A stretch of 32,000 nucleotides of DNA from Thermodesulfobacterium commune DSM 2178 (GTDB lineage Bacteria > Desulfobacterota > Thermodesulfobacteria > Thermodesulfobacteriales > Thermodesulfobacteriaceae): NCBI RefSeq assembly GCF_000734015.1, contig NZ_CP008796.1:480001-512000 (forward strand). The letters run 5' to 3'. Shown in pieces: positions 16,364-23,986 of this stretch. The position numbers and the translations under genes are program-made. The notes beneath the pieces were generated by a model. The model was given only the letters and a program-made list of their open reading frames with translations. It had not been told where the DNA came from and did no database searches. Every line of letters begins with the position of its first letter. The stretch's first letter is position 1.

Positions 16364-16885
16364 CTAAGACCCCAGTTTTTTAATCCTATCTTGAGCACTG
16401 ATAATCTCAGTAACTCTTACGCCAAACCTATCATTTACTACCACCACCTCTCCTTTTGCCATCAGTTTGCCGTTTACATAGACTTCTACAGGTTCTCCGG
16501 CAAACTTTTCTAATTCGATGATAGAACCTTGGTTGAGTTTTAGCAGATCTCTTATTAGCATTTTGGTTCTACCTATTTCTACCGAAATCTCTAGAGGTAT
16601 GTCTAAAATAAATTCTAAGTCCGGATGTAAATCTTCTCTTTGGACTGGGCTTAGTTCTTCAAAGCTGACTGACTGTGTAGGAGGTTTTTCTTTAACTAAA
16701 GGTTCTTTAGGTTGAAAAAGGTCTTGAGATGACTCTTGAGAAACTGTTTGACCATGTACTTCTTGAGTTTCTGAGGTTCCAGCTTGAGCCTCTTTTAAAG
16801 CTTCTTCCCACATAGCCATCAAATCTTCAGGACTAAGGGATGTTTCTTCTTGGGTTTGTCCGTTAATCTTTTCTTCTTCAGCCAT
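16364..16885 (-). CDS. fliN: Flagellar motor switch protein FliN
   Basis: Acidic N-terminal region plus a C-terminal SpoA domain (ILDIPLEISVEIGRTKMLIRDLLKLNQGSIIELEK...VEVYVNGKLMAKGEVVVV). It has no CheC-like domain, so I call it FliN rather than FliY. Confidence 0.9.
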   Translation of the reverse strand: MAEEEKINGQTQEETSLSPEDLMAMWEEALKEAQAGTSETQEVHGQTVSQESSQDLFQPKEPLVKEKPPTQSVSFEELSPVQREDLHPDLEFILDIPLEISVEIGRTKMLIRDLLKLNQGSIIELEKFAGEPVEVYVNGKLMAKGEVVVVNDRFGVRVTEIISAQDRIKKLGS

Positions 16886-16904
16886 TTATTTTCCCCCTGA
16901 TTTT

Positions 16905-17894
16905 TTATTTTTCTGTATTTTCTGGATTTTCTGAAGACAAAAATTTGTCTACCTGAATAGCAAGGTGGTTTTTAAAGACCCCTAATTTGCCTAAAATTTT
17001 AGGAACCCCTTCTATATAAACCTCTATAGGTTCTTCTATTTTTTTATCGAGAATTACCACATCTCCTACCTCAAGGTTTACTAAATCTTCTAAGGTAATG
17101 GTGCCTTTTCCTAAAATAGCTTTTAGTTGTACACTACTATTAAGAATGTAGTTTTCTAAGTTCTTTTTCCAGGTTAAGTCTATATATTCTTCTAACTGAT
17201 AAGGAGAATAAAGCTTATCTTTTATTGGTTGTAAGGTGCTTAGAGAATAACAAAAAAGTATTTTACCGCTGAGAGATTCAAGCTCTAACGTATAACCAGT
17301 AACTACCACAGTTTCTTCAGGCATAAGTACCCTTGCAAACTGTGGGTTTACTTCACCTCTAATATATTTAGGTTTTACAGGATAGATGTTTTTCCAAGCC
17401 TTTTCTAACTCGTTAAAAATAAGGTCCACCACTTTTTTCAGAAGTCTTTGTTCTATTGGTGTAAACTCTCTTCCTTCAACCTTGATATGTTTCCTTTCCC
17501 CCCCTAAAAACCTTTCAATAAACAGGAAAGCCAAAGTAGCATCTATAATAAGAAGAGATTGTCCTTTAAGAGGTTCTAATTTAAAGATATGGATGGAGGT
17601 AGGTACAGGAATTTTGTTTAAAAAATCTTTGAACCTTTCCATCTGAAGGGGTAAATTCGAGATATCCAACATTTCTCTTAAAAGCGTAGAAAGCTGCATC
17701 CTTAAACTTCGAGCAAGTTGTTCGTTGATAACCTCAAGCCCTGGGATCTTAAGACGGGTAGATATGGTATAGTTTCTAAAGTCGAAAGGCTTAGCCTTAA
17801 CCTCTTCTTTGACCTCTGGGGTGGTATCTATCTTACCTTCAGAAAGCCCAGAAAGTAGTGCATCTATCTCTTCTTGGCTAAGTATTTTTTCCAT
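16905..17894 (-). CDS. fliM: Flagellar motor switch protein FliM
   Basis: N-terminal CheY-P binding peptide LSQEEIDALL, a FliM middle domain and a C-terminal SpoA-like domain. Confidence 0.95.
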   Translation of the reverse strand: MEKILSQEEIDALLSGLSEGKIDTTPEVKEEVKAKPFDFRNYTISTRLKIPGLEVINEQLARSLRMQLSTLLREMLDISNLPLQMERFKDFLNKIPVPTSIHIFKLEPLKGQSLLIIDATLAFLFIERFLGGERKHIKVEGREFTPIEQRLLKKVVDLIFNELEKAWKNIYPVKPKYIRGEVNPQFARVLMPEETVVVTGYTLELESLSGKILFCYSLSTLQPIKDKLYSPYQLEEYIDLTWKKNLENYILNSSVQLKAILGKGTITLEDLVNLEVGDVVILDKKIEEPIEVYIEGVPKILGKLGVFKNHLAIQVDKFLSSENPENTEK

Positions 17895-17896
17895 AC

Positions 17897-18394
17897 CTAC
17901 TCCACTATGTATTGGGTTATGTAAACGGCTTGTAAAATTTCATCTCCTAAAGCTTCGTTGATCTTTATCAAAAGATCTTTTTTTATCGTCTCTTTAGCCT
18001 CTGGCTGAATTACCTCTTCTGGGGTTTTACTACTAAGATAGGTGATGATTACGTCTCTTATCATCGGTTCTTTTGTTTTAATCTCTTCTTCTGCCTTTTT
18101 ATCCGCTACCCCTAAGGCTAACCTTACTTGAAGATATCGTTTACCTGTAGGGTCCAAGAGGTTTACCACCACTGGTTCCATAGGATAGATAACCTTAACT
18201 TCAACCTTTTCTTTTTTAACTCCTTTTTTTCCTTCACCCTTTTCTTCTCCTTTTTTACCCATCAAAAACAAAACCACCCCAGAAGCCAGAGCTATTATCA
18301 AAAATCCTACCACCAAAAACAATAGAAATTTCTTTTTTCCTCCTTTTTTCTCAGATGCCTGCTTCTCCGCTCCTTCTTTAACCTCTTCTGCCAT
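17897..18394 (-). CDS. fliL: Flagellar basal-body-associated protein FliL
   Basis: K/E-rich cytoplasmic N-terminus, one TM, then the FliL pattern PVVVNLLDPTGKRYLQVRLALGV...EPMIRDVIITYLSSKT. AGGAGGG lies 5 nt upstream of the ATG. Confidence 0.88.
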   Translation of the reverse strand: MAEEVKEGAEKQASEKKGGKKKFLLFLVVGFLIIALASGVVLFLMGKKGEEKGEGKKGVKKEKVEVKVIYPMEPVVVNLLDPTGKRYLQVRLALGVADKKAEEEIKTKEPMIRDVIITYLSSKTPEEVIQPEAKETIKKDLLIKINEALGDEILQAVYITQYIVE

Positions 18395-18423
18395 AATTCC
18401 CTCCTAATTTTTTAGAAATTTTA

Positions 18424-18440
18424 TCAAAAATTATGCCAAG
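18424..18440 (-). promoter_or_regulatory. Candidate fliL-operon promoter element, ambiguous between a sigma54-type -24/-12 element (TGGCAT-N5-TTGA) and an extended -10 sigma70 element (TGgCATAAT)
   Basis: The minus strand reads CTTGGCATAATTTTTGATAAA, 30-45 nt upstream of the fliL ATG. The GG and TTG are at sigma54 spacing, but the -12 element is GA rather than GC. The same bases also fit TGnCATAAT. Confidence 0.3.
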
Positions 18441-18489
18441 TTTTCATGGATTGAATTTTGCTAAAAACATTCAGGTTTTTCTTTGCTTC

Positions 18490-18519
18490 TGTCAAAAAAT
18501 TAACATAATTGTCAAAAAA
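18490..18519. repeat. Exact 10-bp direct repeat TGTCAAAAAA x2, 20 bp centre-to-centre, upstream of the fliL promoter region
   Basis: Copies at 18490-18499 and 18510-18519 are identical. On the minus strand each reads TTTTTTGACA. Confidence 0.5.
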
Positions 18520-18604
18520 CTTATAAAACAAGAGTTTTTAAATAAAAAGATAGTGAGTTTATTAAATATGACAAGTGATTTATGAGATAGCGGTGAAAAA
18601 GGGA

Positions 18605-18698
18605 TGGCGGAGGGGGCGGGATTCGAACCCGCGGTACGGGTTTTAGCCCGTACATGCGATTTCCAGTCGCACCCCTTCGTCCACTCGGGCACCCCTCC
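18605..18698 (-). tRNA. tRNA-Ser (anticodon GGA), class II, with an encoded CCA end
   Basis: The reverse complement folds as a cloverleaf. The acceptor stem GGAGGGG/CCCCTCC is perfect. The anticodon stem is TGCGA/TCGCA with loop CU-GGA-AA. A 7-bp long variable arm (GTACGGG/CCCGTAC) is present, along with the T-loop GGTTCGAATCC and 3' GCCA. The gene is 94 nt and 66% G+C. Confidence 0.93.
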
Positions 18699-18711
18699 AA
18701 AACTCGTTTAC

Positions 18712-18740
18712 ATTTTAAAGCCTAATCAAGGTTTTGACAA
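18712..18740 (-). promoter_or_regulatory. Candidate sigma70-type promoter for tRNA-Ser (TTGTCA-N17-TAAAAT)
   Basis: On the minus strand the -35 TTGTCA is at 18740-18735 and the -10 TAAAAT at 18717-18712, with a 17-nt spacer. The -10 ends 13 nt upstream of the mature tRNA 5' end. Confidence 0.45.
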
Positions 18741-18747
18741 GAGGTAT

Positions 18748-19332
18748 TTAGAACTTTTTTAAACCAAACTTTAAAATAGAGACTACCAAAAAGATTTTTA
18801 ATAGGTCTCCGTAGATAAAAGGTAGACTTCCTATGCTCAATAAAACCTTTAAGTCAGAAATTTTTAAAACCCAGCCTAACCAAACCAGTCCCAAAAGATG
18901 AATAACCCCGAAATTTGCTAAGGTTAAAAGCAAAACCAATCCTGAAAAACTTTTAGCCCATTGAAACCTATAATATATCAAACTAACCATTAATGCTGCA
19001 GGAAGAAAACCTAATAGATATCCTCCAGTAGGTCCTAAAAATGTTAAAAAACCACCAGTTAACCCTGCAAACCATGGGAGCCCTAACCCACCTAAGAACA
19101 AATAGAAAAAATTAGCCAAACCACATCTAACAGGAGAAAACAAAAGAGCAGTCATAAAAACCCCAAAGGTCTGAAAGGTTACCGGTACAGGAGAAAAAGG
19201 AAGATAAAACTTAAGGTTAGAACAAATACCTATCAAAAGAGCTCCTACTAGTCCCCAAAAAATTTCTACCTTAATATTACTTTGTTTAGATACTTCTAAA
19301 CTTAGAACTAACATCTCTAAAGTTCGTTTCAT
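18748..19332 (-). CDS. bioY: Biotin transporter S-component BioY
   Basis: A ~190-aa protein with six hydrophobic segments. BioY-like motifs include PVPVTFQTFGVFMTALL and GPTGGYLLGF. Confidence 0.88.
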   Translation of the reverse strand: MKRTLEMLVLSLEVSKQSNIKVEIFWGLVGALLIGICSNLKFYLPFSPVPVTFQTFGVFMTALLFSPVRCGLANFFYLFLGGLGLPWFAGLTGGFLTFLGPTGGYLLGFLPAALMVSLIYYRFQWAKSFSGLVLLLTLANFGVIHLLGLVWLGWVLKISDLKVLLSIGSLPFIYGDLLKIFLVVSILKFGLKKF

Positions 19333-19364
19333 AATAAACCTCCTGATTGTAAGATAAGATTTTT

Positions 19365-19394
19365 AGTTAACTTAATATTATATCCTGGTTAACC
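19365..19394. promoter_or_regulatory. BirA-operator-like dyad (aGTTAACt-N14-GGTTAACc) overlapping a candidate bioY promoter
   Basis: GTTAAC cores lie at 19366-19371 and 19388-19393, 16 nt apart. This is the geometry of the TGT(A/T)AACC-N14-GGTT(A/T)ACA BirA site as I recall it. A minus-strand TATAAT (19382-19377) sits between the half-sites, and the SD AGGAGG lies 6 nt before the bioY ATG. Confidence 0.4.
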
Positions 19395-19399
19395 AAAAT

Positions 19400-20653
19400 T
19401 TAAAGATACCTTTCTAATAAATTTAAAATTTTTTCTGTAGCTCCTGTTTTAGAAAGATATATTTGGTAGGCTTTTTCAGATAAGGCCTTAAGTTTTTCAG
19501 GATTTTTAAGAAGATGATGTAAGGTTTCAGATAAATTTTCTGGTTTAGTTTGAATACAGGCTTCTTTTTCCAAAAATTCTTGGATAAAAGGAAAGTTTTC
19601 CATAGACGGGCCAAATATCACCGGTTTTTTCCAGTAAAACGCTTCTAAAGGATTTTGCCCTCCATGGGGGATAAAACTTCCTCCTATGATAGCTAAGTCT
19701 CCTATTCTGTAAAGACTACCCAAGATACCTATCTGGTCTATAAGAAGGACACATCTTTTTACTTCTTTCAAGTCTGAAAATTCCTTAGATAAAGCGCTTA
19801 GGCGATAAAGTTTTACATCTTCCAAATTATCTAACATCAGGTTTAACCGTGAAAACACCTCGTCAAATCGTTCGGGATGTCTTGGTACTATAAGCAAGGT
19901 ACCTTGGTTTACTGCTGAAAGAAAAGCCTTGGTTATAATTTCTTCTTCAGGATGGTGGGTGCTTCCAGCAATAACAACCGGTTTTTTAACCCAACCTTCC
20001 CAAAAAAATTCCACATAAGGAATTTCAAGGTCAAACTTGGTATTGCCTGTTACTACGATTTTTTCTTCTTTTACTCCCAGAGCTTTAAATTTTTCTTGAT
20101 AAATCTTATCTTGTACTACTACTAGAGTAAGCTTATCAAGAACTTTTTTGAAAAAAAACTTTACTTTTTGATAGTTTTTAAAGGATTTTTCACTGAGACG
20201 TGCGTTTACTAAAAAAACCGGAATTTTTTTAGCTGCAGTATGAATAAGATTAGGCCAGATTTCTGTTTCAGCGATGATTAAAGCCTTAGGATTAAAAGCC
20301 TTTAAGGTTCTTTTTATCGCAAAAGGACAGTCTAAAGGGAGATAGATAGTTTCTACCGGTAATCCTTTAAACCGGTCTTTAGCCACTTTTTGTCCGGTAT
20401 CGGTAATCGTGCTTAAAAGGATGTTATAGTTTTTAGAAAGTTTTTTAATAAGAGTAGAAAGGGCGATAACCTCCCCTACAGACACACAATGGACCCAGAT
20501 AAAAGAACGAGAAGAATGGGTGACTTTTTGTTTAAAAATAGCAAATTTATCTCTTAACCATTTTAATCTTAGATTTCGTGGACGTTTTAAAAACTCTCTT
20601 GGTAAAATAAGGCCTGCTATCAGATAATAGATAAATGTATAAACCCAAAGCAT
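19400..20653 (-). CDS. waaA: 3-deoxy-D-manno-octulosonic acid (Kdo) transferase
   Basis: N-terminal membrane anchor, the signature WVHCVSVGEV and a GT-B C-terminal domain (GGSF.PHGGQNPLEA). Confidence 0.9.
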   Translation of the reverse strand: MLWVYTFIYYLIAGLILPREFLKRPRNLRLKWLRDKFAIFKQKVTHSSRSFIWVHCVSVGEVIALSTLIKKLSKNYNILLSTITDTGQKVAKDRFKGLPVETIYLPLDCPFAIKRTLKAFNPKALIIAETEIWPNLIHTAAKKIPVFLVNARLSEKSFKNYQKVKFFFKKVLDKLTLVVVQDKIYQEKFKALGVKEEKIVVTGNTKFDLEIPYVEFFWEGWVKKPVVIAGSTHHPEEEIITKAFLSAVNQGTLLIVPRHPERFDEVFSRLNLMLDNLEDVKLYRLSALSKEFSDLKEVKRCVLLIDQIGILGSLYRIGDLAIIGGSFIPHGGQNPLEAFYWKKPVIFGPSMENFPFIQEFLEKEACIQTKPENLSETLHHLLKNPEKLKALSEKAYQIYLSKTGATEKILNLLERYL

Positions 20654-20668
20654 AACTTAAAGCATAAC

Positions 20669-21397
20669 TTAAGGTTTTCCTATAAAAGCTATTTGTACTC
20701 CTCGCTCCTTTCCATGATAACGATGGGACCAATAAACCTTATGCAAACATCTTGTACAATCCTTTGACACCCAAACATTTTCCTCAGGAATACCCAAACA
20801 TAAAGCTTGATAAAAATTGGCCTTTTCTAAATCCAAATAGACTTTACCTTGGTTATGTTGAATAACCTCATCATAAAAAGATAAGTTTTTTCTTAAAGCA
20901 TCTAAAACTTCATCTTTTATTTCGTAGCAACACACTTTTATATGTGGGCCTATTGCTAAAAGAATTTCTTCAGGTTTATACCCTAGAGAAAGTATCTTTC
21001 TAAGGATTTTTTCTAAGATTTTAGACACAGTGCCTTTCCATCCAGCATGAATAGCACCTACTATTCTACGGTCTTTGGTTGCTAAAAGCACCGGGACACA
21101 ATCTGCTGTTTTAACCCCAACAAAAAGCCTTTCTTGGTCTGTAAGCACTCCGTCACCTTCTAAAGAAAAAATCTCTGGAACCGAAGACCCATTCCAAAGG
21201 GTTATGAAAATGTCGCTATGTACTTGTTTTGGTAAAAACCAACGATAATTACTGATTTTTTTTAAAGAAGTAAAGTTAAATTCTTTAGAAAGTTTTTTAG
21301 AAAATGCAGCCAAGATGTTGATATTAAGAAAATTTTCTGGAAAAATAAGATCAGTTTTTAAATGATTGACAAGTTCTAAGATTAGTTGTTTTGACAT
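20669..21397 (-). CDS. pgeF: YfiH/PgeF family (DUF152) purine nucleoside-processing / peptidoglycan editing factor
   Basis: Conserved His/Cys/His contexts QVHSD, KTADCVPVLL and IHAGWKGT. Confidence 0.88.
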   Translation of the reverse strand: MSKQLILELVNHLKTDLIFPENFLNINILAAFSKKLSKEFNFTSLKKISNYRWFLPKQVHSDIFITLWNGSSVPEIFSLEGDGVLTDQERLFVGVKTADCVPVLLATKDRRIVGAIHAGWKGTVSKILEKILRKILSLGYKPEEILLAIGPHIKVCCYEIKDEVLDALRKNLSFYDEVIQHNQGKVYLDLEKANFYQALCLGIPEENVWVSKDCTRCLHKVYWSHRYHGKERGVQIAFIGKP

Positions 21398-22029
21398 CGT
21401 TCAAGGTCTTTTAAGAATGATAAAAGTTGTTTTTTTAAGTTTTGGATAGCCTTACCTCTATGGCTTAAACGATTTTTTTCTTCTGAAGGAAGTTCTGCTG
21501 CAGTTTTTTGAAATTGGTATTCAGGTACTAAAAAAATAGGGTCGTATCCAAAACCATAAGAGCCTTTAGGTTTAAAACCTATTCTGCCTTCCCATACACC
21601 TTCTGAAACCAGATATTTTCCGCAAGGATGATAAAGAACCAAGACACACTTAAACCTTGCGGTTCTTTTTTCCGGAGGCACATCAGCTAACTCTTGAAGA
21701 AGCTTTTGGTTGTTCTTTTCATCATTTGCGTCTTCTCCAGCATAGCGAGAAGAATACACCCCAGGTGCACCGTTTAAGGCATCTACTTCAAGTCCAGAAT
21801 CGTCTGCAAGACACAAACATCCGGTTTTTTCAGCGTAATACTTAGCTTTAATCAAAGCGTTTTCTAAAAAAGTTTTTCCTGTTTCTTCAGGAGGGGTGAT
21901 TTCAGAAAAATCTTTAAGACTTTTTACTTCTAAGTTAATTTCAGACTTTAGATCTTCAAGGGCTTTTTCTATTTCTCTAACCTTACCTAAATTAGAAGTA
22001 GCTATAACTAAGATTATTTTTTGGCTCAT
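21382..22029 (-). CDS. rdgB: Non-canonical purine NTP (dITP/XTP) pyrophosphatase RdgB/HAM1
   Basis: Motifs ATSNLGKVREI, DDSGLEVDALNGAPGVYSSRYAG, GFGYDPIF and SHRGKA. Confidence 0.92.
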   Translation of the reverse strand: MSQKIILVIATSNLGKVREIEKALEDLKSEINLEVKSLKDFSEITPPEETGKTFLENALIKAKYYAEKTGCLCLADDSGLEVDALNGAPGVYSSRYAGEDANDEKNNQKLLQELADVPPEKRTARFKCVLVLYHPCGKYLVSEGVWEGRIGFKPKGSYGFGYDPIFLVPEYQFQKTAAELPSEEKNRLSHRGKAIQNLKKQLLSFLKDLERCQNN

Positions 22030-22739
22030 ATTCCTAACACCTCTTTTTGTTTGTTAATCAGTTCTTTAATACCCTTAAAGGCAAGGTTTTTCATCTGCTC
22101 TAAGTCTTCCCAGGTAAACAAACTTTTTTCAGCACTTGCCTGAATTTCTACTATTTTCCCAGACTCAGTCATAAAAAAATTAGCATCTACCTCAGCAATT
22201 ATATCTTCTTGATAATCAAGGTCTAAAAGAAAGTTTTCTCCTATCTTACCTACACTAACCCCCGCTAAGAATTCTAAAACCGGAGAGGTGGAGAGAACTC
22301 CTTTTTCTATAAGCTTTTTAACCGCTAAGGTTAAGGCTAAGAAAGCGCCTGTAACTGAGGCAGTCCTTGTTCCCCCATCTGCGTTTAAAACTTCGCAGTC
22401 TATCCAGAGGGTTCTTTCTCCTAATTTTGATAGGTCTACCACCCCTCTTAAAACCCTGCCTATAAGCCTCTGTATTTCCATAGACCTACCTTTTCGGCCC
22501 ATAGTTTCTCTGGGGGTTCTTTCTAAAGTAGCCCCAGGAATAAAGGCATACTCTGCGGTAATCCAACCTGTTCCTGTACCCTTAAGAAAAGGGGGGACCT
22601 TTTCCTCTAAACTTACCGTACAAAGTACCTTAGTGTTGCCAAACTCAACCAAAACAGAACTTAACGGATTCTTTAAAAAATCTATCGTAAACTTTACCTC
22701 TCTAAGTTGGTCAAAAGCTCTTCCATCATGTCGCATCAT
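22026..22739 (-). CDS. rph: Ribonuclease PH
   Basis: Motifs RHDGR, RSMEIQRLIGR and NADGGTRTASVTGA. 237 aa. Confidence 0.96.
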   Translation of the reverse strand: MMRHDGRAFDQLREVKFTIDFLKNPLSSVLVEFGNTKVLCTVSLEEKVPPFLKGTGTGWITAEYAFIPGATLERTPRETMGRKGRSMEIQRLIGRVLRGVVDLSKLGERTLWIDCEVLNADGGTRTASVTGAFLALTLAVKKLIEKGVLSTSPVLEFLAGVSVGKIGENFLLDLDYQEDIIAEVDANFFMTESGKIVEIQASAEKSLFTWEDLEQMKNLAFKGIKELINKQKEVLGI

Positions 22740-23986
22740 AACCCTCCTGGGCTAAAAAGATTACCTTTTCCTATGGAATGAGGAGATATGCATTTTTTTA
22801 AACTACCTTCCAACTTCAAATCTTCGTCGTAATAGATGGTTATGTTCTTTTTTCTTAAAACACACATTTTACCATATAAATCCTTTCCTAAAAACAGTTT
22901 TTCAAAAGTTCTCTCTCCTAAACCACACAACCATAATCCTTCTTTTAATTTACCAGTAAGTTTATCTTTCATAAGAGGTTTGGCTAATTTGGGAGATTTG
23001 GCCAATAAATCAAAAAATTTTTCAACCTCAGAGGATTCTTGGACAGTCAACCCGTACCAATCGTCTAACGAAGGATTAAACTCAAGAATACAAGAAAGCT
23101 TACCATCAAGATTGACAAAGTTTGCATGACAGACTTCACATCGGTATTTTGAAAGGGTTTTCTGGTTATGGGTTTTTTTACTGAGATTTTGATGACAATC
23201 TAAACATTTTATTTTATTACGACCAAACATTACTTCTTCTTTTTTATGACAGTCTGTACACACCAATCCTTTTTCGTAGTGTATACTTTTTAAAAGTTGA
23301 TAGGCTTCAATTCCGTAAGGCCTTTCAGGTGGTTTTCCTTCAACAAAAGGTGAACGATAGTCCTCATACCAATTATGAGGGGAATATCCTAAGTAATCCC
23401 AACCTATGTAACTGCTATAATGACAGGATAGACAATGGTTTATGGTAGGTTTAACAATGGAGTGATTTAATAGGTCGAAATGGCAGGCTAAACAGCCTTT
23501 ACCTCTTCGGGTGTTTTTATAGTCTTCACCTTCATAATCAACGTGGCAGAGCAAACATCTTCTACGTAAAAAATCTATAACCACCGAGGTCTTATCCAAA
23601 GGTTTTTCATAATTAAAGGTTTTAAGTTCCTGTAAACTAATGTTTTTATATATTCCAAAGGCCTTTAGGGTATTTGAGATCATCGTTTTGTAGGTGTAAT
23701 GTAAAGAATTTTTAAACCGGTCTAGCTCAAGTTTATGACAACCTGAGCAAACCTGATAAACTACCAAAGAGTCTGGGTGTTTTAAAAAATTTTGATGAGC
23801 TTCCTCTTTAGAAAAAGCTTTGCTGTTACCTTGATGACATTTAGTACAATCTATTTGTTGATGAAGTTTATCAAAAGATATTTGGTTATGACAATCTGTA
23901 CATCGTTTGATTTTAGGTTGGTTAGCACAACCAAAAAGGAAAAAACTCAAAAATATGGTTAAAAAAAACAGCTTTATGACTGACAC
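22736..23986 (-). CDS. Multiheme (9 x CXXCH) c-type cytochrome, predicted lipoprotein
   Basis: Signal peptide ending in the lipobox-like LFGC. Nine CXXCH motifs (CTDCH, CTKCH, CSGCH, CLLCH, CLACH, CLSCH, CTDCH, CLDCH, CEVCH), followed by a ~130-aa heme-free C-terminal region. Confidence 0.85.
   Translation of the reverse strand: MSVIKLFFLTIFLSFFLFGCANQPKIKRCTDCHNQISFDKLHQQIDCTKCHQGNSKAFSKEEAHQNFLKHPDSLVVYQVCSGCHKLELDRFKNSLHYTYKTMISNTLKAFGIYKNISLQELKTFNYEKPLDKTSVVIDFLRRRCLLCHVDYEGEDYKNTRRGKGCLACHFDLLNHSIVKPTINHCLSCHYSSYIGWDYLGYSPHNWYEDYRSPFVEGKPPERPYGIEAYQLLKSIHYEKGLVCTDCHKKEEVMFGRNKIKCLDCHQNLSKKTHNQKTLSKYRCEVCHANFVNLDGKLSCILEFNPSLDDWYGLTVQESSEVEKFFDLLAKSPKLAKPLMKDKLTGKLKEGLWLCGLGERTFEKLFLGKDLYGKMCVLRKKNITIYYDEDLKLEGSLKKCISPHSIGKGNLFSPGGL

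Noticed and set aside
18490-18519. Reading the two TTGACA hexamers (minus strand) within the direct repeats as sigma70 -35 boxes
   Set aside because: No acceptable -10 hexamer lies 16-18 nt downstream of either copy (best is GAATGT). I keep them only as a repeat and possible protein-binding site.
18492-18692. 66-aa ORF on the minus strand
   Set aside because: It overlaps the tRNA-Ser gene and the AT-rich fliL upstream region. Its protein-like stretch is just the translated tRNA sequence, so it is spurious.
22288-22755. 155-aa + strand ORF
   Set aside because: It is entirely antisense to the strongly supported rph gene. It has no SD and a low-complexity S/P/K-rich composition typical of a shadow ORF.
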